A DNA stretch of 64,000 nucleotides from a virus. The stretch lies in IMG/VR virus record IMGVR_UViG_3300042884_001120, positions 64,001 through 128,000 of that record, one strand, 5' to 3'. This document shows, piece by piece, positions 58,586 to 64,000 of the stretch (the first letter of the stretch is position 1; the number at the start of each line of letters is the position of its first letter). The notes under the pieces are model-generated. The model was given only the letters and a program-made list of their open reading frames with translations. It did no database searches and was not told the origin of the DNA. Made by a program: the position numbers and the translations under genes.

Positions 58586-59030
58586 TATTATTATATATTA
58601 TAATATAAATTTACACTAATACAGTGGACACCTCCTCATTCATCCTTGTTTTTTGTTTTTTTACCATTGAGTTAGGGTTAATATAATATTTTTATTCATA
58701 TTTGGCACACGAGCGCGTAGCATTCGCGCGCGCATTTATTCGTAGCGGCGGATACTTTAGTATTTAGCCACTGAACTATTAGTTTAAACTGGTTTAAACT
58801 TTTAAACCGGTAGAAGTGGCGGTGATTTCTGAATAATGTATGTATTTTGTTGATGGAGATTGAAATTTGACCCTACCGGCATCTTACCCGGTCTTACAAG
58901 GTCAATTTTTCGGAAAAAGGGGGGGTATGCCTATGTGTGCGTGTTGTCATACATACTCACACTCAAAATAAAAATGAATTAAAATAAAAAAGTTCTTGTG
59001 TTTCTACATGAATGATCCTAGTATAGACAC

Positions 59031-59138
59031 ATGAACAATAAGAACACGCAGACGCTCGACGAGAGGATTGCTGAAGCTAATCGCAAGGCCGCACAGATCG
59101 CCCTTGCCAACCTCAAGGCTGATCCCTTGAATCAGTAA
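59031..59138 (+). CDS. Early microprotein, 35 aa
   Basis: MNNKNTQTLDERIAEANRKAAQIALANLKADPLNQ; own promoter. Confidence 0.7.
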   Translation: MNNKNTQTLDERIAEANRKAAQIALANLKADPLNQ

Positions 59139-59181
59139 TAAAAAACTTTACAACACACCACAAAACAACAACACTACATCA

Positions 59182-59373
59182 ATGAAAACATACAAAATCG
59201 TGAGAGGTTTCTTTGAGGGAAGAAGCAAGACAATCAAGCGCGGCCTTACTCTTGAAGAGGCTCGTGAACACTGCCGGAACCAAGAGACATCTTCGCGCAC
59301 TTGTTCGGAAGCTACCGCTAAGCGGCTCGGGCTAGTCGGTCGCGTGTGGTTTGATGGTTATGAAGAGGAATAA
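59182..59373 (+). CDS. Early hypothetical protein
   Basis: YKIVR...GLTLEEAREHC...WFDGY; own promoter. Confidence 0.8.
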   Translation: MKTYKIVRGFFEGRSKTIKRGLTLEEAREHCRNQETSSRTCSEATAKRLGLVGRVWFDGYEEE

Positions 59374-59414
59374 AAAACTTTACAGCACACAACAAAACAA
59401 TCACACTAGAACAA

Positions 59415-59528
59415 ATGAAACACCACCTCACAACGCTCCTAATCCTCATCGACTTTATCGCCTTTGGTCTTGTCGCGCTGTTTGCGGTCGGCTCGCTTGT
59501 CCTTGCAATGGAGACTTTCTCACGCTAA
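59415..59528 (+). CDS. Early membrane microprotein, 37 aa
   Basis: MKHHLTTLLILIDFIAFGLVALFAVGSLVLAMETFSR; own promoter. Confidence 0.7.
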   Translation: MKHHLTTLLILIDFIAFGLVALFAVGSLVLAMETFSR

Positions 59529-59538
59529 TCTCGCTACC

Positions 59539-59634
59539 ATGAAACGCATCGCCTTCCTTGTCTTACTTACCATAATCACCATGCTTCCCTTCGCTGCTAT
59601 CTTCTACTACGCTGACCAACTCTGTAACCACTAA
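59539..59634 (+). CDS. Early membrane microprotein, 31 aa
   Basis: MKRIAFLVLLTIITMLPFAAIFYYADQLCNH. Confidence 0.6.
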   Translation: MKRIAFLVLLTIITMLPFAAIFYYADQLCNH

Positions 59635-59693
59635 TGGAACTTCTCTTGATTTCTTTTGTGATTGCTGTTGCAATCTATCACAACAACGCATAG
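59634..59693 (+). CDS. Possible hydrophobic micropeptide, 19 aa
   Basis: MELLLISFVIAVAIYHNNA; TAATG coupling. Confidence 0.45.
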   Translation: MELLLISFVIAVAIYHNNA

Positions 59694-59702
59694 AATAAAC
59701 GC

Positions 59703-59849
59703 ATGATCCTCGCCATCTACAAACTATCACAACACTTCTTCCATCGCTCTGCATACCATGGTCGCAGGGGAAACCCTGTCAGGATGTGGGTTAGCTACTA
59801 CATCAGTCAGGCATTGCTTGAGACAAAGACATTCATCCAATCACGATGA
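59703..59849 (+). CDS. Early microprotein, 48 aa
   Basis: MILAIYKLSQHFF...; tiles the operon. Confidence 0.55.
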   Translation: MILAIYKLSQHFFHRSAYHGRRGNPVRMWVSYYISQALLETKTFIQSR

Positions 59850-59995
59850 GCATTGTCACACAACTGCAATGCAAGAAGGCGTTTGCCGAATGGTGCGCCC
59901 TGCATCGCATACCCATTAAGAAGTATCCTGCTTACGGCTTGCGCCTGTATGGTATATGGGAACGCAAATGGAATAGAAGGTATGACACTGTATAA
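59846..59995 (+). CDS. Early microprotein, 49 aa
   Basis: MSIVTQLQCKKAFAEW...; ATGA overlap. Confidence 0.6.
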   Translation: MSIVTQLQCKKAFAEWCALHRIPIKKYPAYGLRLYGIWERKWNRRYDTV

Positions 59996-59996
59996 C

Positions 59997-60167
59997 ATGA
60001 AGAAGATCATAGTAGAATCAAGATGGAAGGGTGACACCAAGTGGAGCTATCGTGCCGAGCTAGTAGGTAGCACAGAGACCAAGGCCCTGCTACAATACTA
60101 TAAGCTTGTCGCACAAGATGAGCGGCTCAAGTGCAAGAATGAATATAGGGTAAGGCTAGTGGAATAG
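59997..60167 (+). CDS. Early microprotein, 56 aa
   Basis: MKKIIVESRWKG...; likely real start within track ORF 59853..60167. Confidence 0.65.
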   Translation: MKKIIVESRWKGDTKWSYRAELVGSTETKALLQYYKLVAQDERLKCKNEYRVRLVE

Positions 60168-60169
60168 CT

Positions 60170-60214
60170 AAAGCCCTGAAGATCAACGACTTACGACGCC
60201 GGGCCCCGCCGGGC
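60170..60214 (+). repeat. Composite repeat copy 1 (imperfect palindrome + GC-rich element)
   Basis: AAAGCCCTGAAGATCAACGACTTACG-ACGCCGGGCCCCGCCGGGC. Confidence 0.9.
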
Positions 60215-60341
60215 ATACGATGCAAGACAACTGTAAGACAGTGCATATGTCAAGAGAAAAGATATTGTCATACACAAATAAAAATGTAAAAAAATAAAAG
60301 TTTTTGTTGCGTTCTGATCCGTTCTGCCCTATCTTAAAACC

Positions 60342-60551
60342 ATGAAGAACAAGACCGCCCCTCTAAACTTTGACAACGTGTGCAACATCCGCACTTACCT
60401 CGCCCTTTCGATCAAGGGGGAAATCAAGTTACGACGCGAAACTGTGACTTACTGGGGCGCATCTAGCGCAATGGCTAAACTGCACAATCAGCGAGTGCGT
60501 GACATGGTCAGGGCATACAGGGCCGCGAAAGGAATCGAAATAAAGTTTTGA
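60342..60551 (+). CDS. Early hypothetical protein
   Basis: Own promoter TTGCGT-17-TATCTT. Confidence 0.75.
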   Translation: MKNKTAPLNFDNVCNIRTYLALSIKGEIKLRRETVTYWGASSAMAKLHNQRVRDMVRAYRAAKGIEIKF

Positions 60552-60582
60552 CACGGCAATACCAAAAGACGATACTATGAAT

Positions 60583-60813
60583 ATGAAAACCGACATCACA
60601 CACAACACCACCTCCGAACTCATGCTCCGCGCCGTTAACGACCGCGAGCTTTCCACCCTCGTTGAGAGGAGCTTTGAGGAGTGCGACTTGGGGATCATCA
60701 AGCGTCAACTGATGAGGGCCTTTGTTTACACAGGGGCGCAGATGACGGCCTTTGAGCAGGAATGGGCGTTGTCATACAATGACTGGTATTCGGAACATTG
60801 CCCGAACGAATAA
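60583..60813 (+). CDS. Early hypothetical protein
   Basis: Promoter TTGACA-17-GATACT places the likely start at ATG 60583. Confidence 0.75.
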   Translation: MKTDITHNTTSELMLRAVNDRELSTLVERSFEECDLGIIKRQLMRAFVYTGAQMTAFEQEWALSYNDWYSEHCPNE

Positions 60814-60817
60814 TCAC

Positions 60818-60949
60818 ATGAACACCGAACGCTTTGTCATACAAGTGAAAGACATCCGCAAGCGCCAACGCTTTGCGCCCTTGCAGAAGTTAATTGCTTC
60901 AAAAAAGCTCTATAAAAGGAGAGCTAAACATCGGGCCGAACGGGATTAA
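60818..60949 (+). CDS. Basic microprotein, 43 aa
   Basis: MNTERFVIQVKDIRKRQRFAPLQKLIASKKLYKRRAKHRAERD. Confidence 0.7.
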   Translation: MNTERFVIQVKDIRKRQRFAPLQKLIASKKLYKRRAKHRAERD

Positions 60950-60952
60950 CAC

Positions 60953-61002
60953 AAAGCCCTGATAATCAACGACTTACGAAGCCGGGCCCCGCCGGGCGCG
61001 CG
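60953..61002 (+). repeat. Composite repeat copy 2
   Basis: AAAGCCCTGATAATCAACGACTTACG-AAGCCGGGCCCCGCCGGGCGCGCG. Confidence 0.9.
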
Positions 61003-61131
61003 TTGTCTTACAATCTCTCACTTGTTATATCATAGTTGCTCAGCCAGTGTCAAGCATTTTCTGCAAAAAAAATTTAAAAAAACAAAAAAATACCTATTGC
61101 TTTTCTCATGGGCGCATGATACATTTTAATC

Positions 61132-61350
61132 ATGAAAACGAAACTAGCACTAAACGGAAGGGAAGTTGATTCCCAGTCAATCAACATTGAAGGCGTGAAT
61201 CGCGCTGACTATCCAGACTTTGCAGATGCCTTCATCGGTGAAGCGGTTTGGATGAACGATGGAACAGCCTTGAATGACGAGGAGTTAGAGCAACTCACCG
61301 AGGAAAATGGCGAACTGGTAAACCAGTTGGCGCATGAAAACTTTTTTTAA
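61132..61350 (+). CDS. Acidic early protein
   Basis: DYPDFADAFI...LNDEELEQL; promoter TTGCTT-17-TACATT. Confidence 0.8.
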   Translation: MKTKLALNGREVDSQSINIEGVNRADYPDFADAFIGEAVWMNDGTALNDEELEQLTEENGELVNQLAHENFF

Positions 61351-61391
61351 TCTCCTGTTGACAAAATCGCAAAAACTGAAATAATCAAATC

Positions 61392-61703
61392 ATGAACAAC
61401 ACGAACACCAAGGAAGCAATCAGGGAACAGGCAAAGCAGAAACTCGCCGCGCTTGTGATTGGCAAGGTCTACTCTCACGAAAACGAAACTTTCGTTTACG
61501 AGGGTGACGACCGCGCAACTCTTCGCAACATGTCGGTTTCTAGCGGTGATGTTCCGTTGCTTCGGCATGACGGAAATCTGGTGAACATGTCTGTCCTCCT
61601 TGGTCTCAAGGAGTCTTACATGAGCAGGGAGGAGTTTGATGCGTCTTACAACAACACCTCTAACGCCATGACTGAATGGTGCCACAAAAACAATCAATAC
61701 TAA
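61392..61703 (+). CDS. Early hypothetical protein
   Basis: Promoter TTGACA-16-AATAAT. Confidence 0.75.
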   Translation: MNNTNTKEAIREQAKQKLAALVIGKVYSHENETFVYEGDDRATLRNMSVSSGDVPLLRHDGNLVNMSVLLGLKESYMSREEFDASYNNTSNAMTEWCHKNNQY

Positions 61704-61814
61704 TATAATATAACATGAGCCTACATAGAATCTCACTACATATAAATTGCTTGATTAATAGGCCAAAAAATTGGCGTTTCTACATGTTAGGTATTCTCAG
61801 AGAGCTGTCTCTAT

Positions 61815-61864
61815 AAAGTGTTGAGGATCAGGGACTTACAGTGCCCGGCCCCGCCCGGCCCGCG
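61815..61864 (+). repeat. Composite repeat copy 3 (arms swapped)
   Basis: AAAGTGTTGAGGATCAGGGACTTACA-GTGCCCGGCCCCGCCCGGCCCGCG. Confidence 0.85.
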
Positions 61865-61972
61865 TTGTCATACATTCTCGCACCACGTGTTGTCAAGCGT
61901 TTTCTCCCATCCGGTCGAAATTTTTTTATAAATAATTATTGCACACAGATCCCTTTGTGGTATTCTCTAATC

Positions 61973-62110
61973 ATGGAAAACGAAATGAACCCGAAGGAAC
62001 TAGCAACGGATGATCTCGCCGCCTATGCCGCCGAATATGAGGCATGGATTGACGAGATGGAAAAACTCGTCGCAGAGCATGGCAACCCTAACGCTTGGAG
62101 CTGGAAATAA
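61973..62110 (+). CDS. Acidic early microprotein, 45 aa
   Basis: MENEMNPKELATDDLAAY...; promoter TTGCAC-16-TATTCT. Confidence 0.75.
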   Translation: MENEMNPKELATDDLAAYAAEYEAWIDEMEKLVAEHGNPNAWSWK

Positions 62111-62146
62111 GTTGACACGATAATAAAAATCCTTTTTAATTACTTT

Positions 62147-62512
62147 ATGAACCCAGACACCAACAACGAGGTCGCCGCGACCCCTGCAACTATGACACCG
62201 CAAGAAATCAACCGACGAATCGCCATCGCCTGCGGGTGGAAGTTGCTTCCTAATAGCTTTCCCCCGAATAGCCGTTTATGGGAGCATCCTAGCGGGAAGA
62301 GAGCCTATGAGCCTGATGATCTCCCCAACTACCACGGCGACCTAAACGCGATGCATGAGGCGGAAAAGGTACTGTCACGCCAACAGACTGAGTGGTATGT
62401 CACAACACTATGCCTTGAGGTACAGCCAGAGCCATCGTTACACAACGCAACAGCCAGCCAACGAGCCGAGGCTTTCCTCCGCACAATCGGACAATGGGAG
62501 GAGGTAAAATGA
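62147..62512 (+). CDS. Phage ABA-sandwich-like domain protein
   Basis: INRRIAIACGW...PNYHGDLNAMHEAE...ATASQRAEAFL. Confidence 0.65.
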   Translation: MNPDTNNEVAATPATMTPQEINRRIAIACGWKLLPNSFPPNSRLWEHPSGKRAYEPDDLPNYHGDLNAMHEAEKVLSRQQTEWYVTTLCLEVQPEPSLHNATASQRAEAFLRTIGQWEEVK

Positions 62513-62808
62513 ACCACGAAACCGACACACCGCGAACGGATACCGCTATCTGGAGGCTAACTAAATTTGATTCCGCCCTACTTGAGCACGAAGGGGAGAC
62601 TCTAAATGAGATTCACTGCGCCTCACATGATGAGGCCGAATGTCTCGTTGATCTCCTAAACGAGAAGGAACGCGAACTCGCCGCATCCGAGGCCGAGGTT
62701 GAGAGGCTCCGTGAGGATAACCAAAAGCTACGCGCCCGCCTCAATTATGTTCAGGGGTGCGAATGCGACAACTACCTTCATCCCTACTGCAACAAACTAA
62801 CAAAATGA
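62509..62808 (+). CDS. Hypothetical protein with TDTPRTD motif and coiled coil
   Basis: ATG 62509 preceded by GGAGGAGGT; ATGA overlap. Confidence 0.7.
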   Translation: MNHETDTPRTDTAIWRLTKFDSALLEHEGETLNEIHCASHDEAECLVDLLNEKERELAASEAEVERLREDNQKLRARLNYVQGCECDNYLHPYCNKLTK

Positions 62809-63074
62809 ACACCAACACCACAAAGCAAATCGGTATCATCGCAATCGTCGCCCTCTCCTTTGGACTGGTTGACTCACTAGCAACCTCTCTTTACTGGCGG
62901 CATCTCGCCATTAAGCACGGCGCGGCATTCTATGAAACAAATAGCTGGGGCATTCCTAGCTTCAAATGGAATGATGTCTCGTTCGCACAAGCTCCGTTTC
63001 AAGACGGCACTTACTATTCAAAGAAAATGGAAGAGGCTGAAAGCAAGCGCATCCGTTCCCTTGGTATCAAATAA
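62805..63074 (+). CDS. Membrane-anchored hypothetical protein
   Basis: Start 62805; TM segment then AIKHGAAFY...FKW. Confidence 0.7.
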   Translation: MNTNTTKQIGIIAIVALSFGLVDSLATSLYWRHLAIKHGAAFYETNSWGIPSFKWNDVSFAQAPFQDGTYYSKKMEEAESKRIRSLGIK

Positions 63075-63083
63075 GAAAACAAT

Positions 63084-63311
63084 ATGATTAAAAACAATTT
63101 TAATAAAATGGATTTTGATCTTATGCTTGATGCCTTTGAAGAGGCAACGGCAAATGTTCCTCGCCGTGAGATGGTAAAGAAACTTCTGCAAATACAGGTT
63201 GAGCGTGATGCGGCAATTACCTTTGGCCTTGCGTTCTGTGAGACTACAGGCAATGTCTCTGGACTGATTAACGACTTCCGCGCATTCACAAGGGCAATCG
63301 GAGAGGCTTGA
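63084..63311 (+). CDS. Hypothetical protein
   Basis: Tiles the operon. Confidence 0.65.
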   Translation: MIKNNFNKMDFDLMLDAFEEATANVPRREMVKKLLQIQVERDAAITFGLAFCETTGNVSGLINDFRAFTRAIGEA

Positions 63312-63342
63312 CACTATAACCAAAAAATATTTTAATAACTAT

Positions 63343-63609
63343 ATGGAAAAAATTACCTACCGCATTGAAATGAAAATCTCTGCTCCTCATAAGGGATGGG
63401 GGAAATGGAATCTGCTTCATGTGTCCAGAACTGAACGTGCGGCATATAATTGGTTACGCAAAAATTCAACCAATGAAGATATATGGAAGCATAATAAAGT
63501 TTTTCGTATTGAAAAGATTGAGCCTCCATTCTCTATAACCATGCACACACTTTCCAAGAAAGCGTTGCACGATGCGGTTAACAAGATTGCGCCAATATTG
63601 ACCACCTAA
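63343..63609 (+). CDS. Early hypothetical protein
   Basis: Promoter TTGACA-17-TTTAAT. Confidence 0.75.
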   Translation: MEKITYRIEMKISAPHKGWGKWNLLHVSRTERAAYNWLRKNSTNEDIWKHNKVFRIEKIEPPFSITMHTLSKKALHDAVNKIAPILTT

Positions 63610-63706
63610 AGGGCTTGACGCACTAACCAAAAAATATATTCATCATAATATGAAAAACAAGAAAGTCCTTGACACCTCCTCCTAAAGCATATAGAATATA
63701 CAAATT

Positions 63707-63796
63707 ATGAACATTATAGACATCATTGCAATCAGTTTTCTTATCCCACCTTTTCTTGGCTTGGCTGTAGTTGTTCTTGATAAACTAGGCTTTTAA
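63707..63796 (+). CDS. Membrane microprotein, 29 aa
   Basis: MNIIDIIAISFLIPPFLGLAVVVLDKLGF; promoter TTGACA-17-TAGAAT. Confidence 0.6.
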   Translation: MNIIDIIAISFLIPPFLGLAVVVLDKLGF

Positions 63797-63870
63797 TAAT
63801 ATGACCAATAGACCCAATTTAACAGAAGAAGAGAAGGAGCACTATAACCAAAAAATACTTTAATAAGATT

Positions 63871-64000
63871 ATGAAGAAAGAACTATCTGAAAAAATTGTA
63901 TTACTCATGGGTGCAGTTTGTCTTGGTGGATTAATTGTATTCCTTAACGCTGTTCTGGTAGCCTTTCTCTGGAACTGGCTAATGCCCGCAATTTTCGGAA
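63871..64000 (+). CDS. Membrane protein (truncated by window edge)
   Basis: MKKELSEKIVLLMGAVCLGGLIVFLNAVLVAFLWNWLMPAIFG. Confidence 0.7.
   Translation, partial: MKKELSEKIVLLMGAVCLGGLIVFLNAVLVAFLWNWLMPAIFG

Larger units (their letters stand above)
14208..58616. promoter_or_regulatory. Recurring phage late-promoter motif GTGTAA(A/T)
   Basis: TTACAC on the + strand upstream of minus-strand genes at 14208, 19002, 25357, 32739, 34802, 38437, 40642, 42172, 44020, 46014, 51250, 52784, 56559, 58611; GTGTAA at 51303 before a plus-strand gene. Confidence 0.85.
58996..63697 (+). promoter_or_regulatory. Array of sigma70-type early promoters
   Basis: -35 boxes at 58996, 59147, 59379, 60307, 60548, 61097, 61358, 61939, 62112, 63308, 63615, 63669, each 16-17 bp before a -10-like hexamer. 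Confidence 0.85.

Noticed and set aside
60170-61864. CRISPR-like repeats
   Set aside because: Intervals are about 800 bp and contain genes; the repeats are degenerate.
60225-61896. Functional antisense promoters from the TGTCAAG motifs
   Set aside because: Only copy 2 has a plausible -10 (TATAAC, 18-bp spacer); kept only as part of the composite element.
1-64000. Stop-codon reassignment; tRNA/rRNA genes; integrase
   Set aside because: Standard-code ORFs tile densely and TAA, TAG and TGA are all used as stops. No tRNA, rRNA or integrase was recognised by eye; tRNAscan-SE would be needed to be sure.

Overview
This window is a 64 kb segment of a large, AT-rich, tailed dsDNA phage (Caudoviricetes, probably siphovirus-like: tail tube and long tape measure but no sheath seen). 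The host is probably Gram-negative, possibly PVC superphylum (weak hint from an autotransporter-associated beta-strand repeat protein). Three blocks are visible. (1) 1-8.2 kb: replication/regulation genes (partial nrdB, SSB-like protein, sigma factor, Rad52-like annealing protein) and three glycosyltransferase genes. (2) 8.2-58.6 kb, almost all minus strand: tail tip/fibres, tape measure, tail tube, neck, capsid, protease-scaffold, lysis cassette, portal, terminase, ERCC4 nuclease, second sigma factor, phoH, phosphoesterase, Hsp20 and adhesins, driven by a recurring GTGTAA late-promoter motif. (3) 58.9-64 kb: a GC-richer plus-strand array of tiny early genes, most with their own sigma70 promoter 6 nt before the ATG, punctuated by a composite repeat. 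The best candidates for undescribed biology are: a GYIPNFA-delimited cassette in the tape measure protein carrying a PD-(D/E)xK nuclease-like domain; a putative virion glycosylation system (split GT9 plus GT4 enzymes, and extreme S/T-G enrichment in tail-surface proteins); a 6+1 split RCC1 propeller; a promoter-cassette array with recombinase-like sites; and widespread leaderless translation. All family calls come from motif recognition by eye, not database searches, and all counts are manual.
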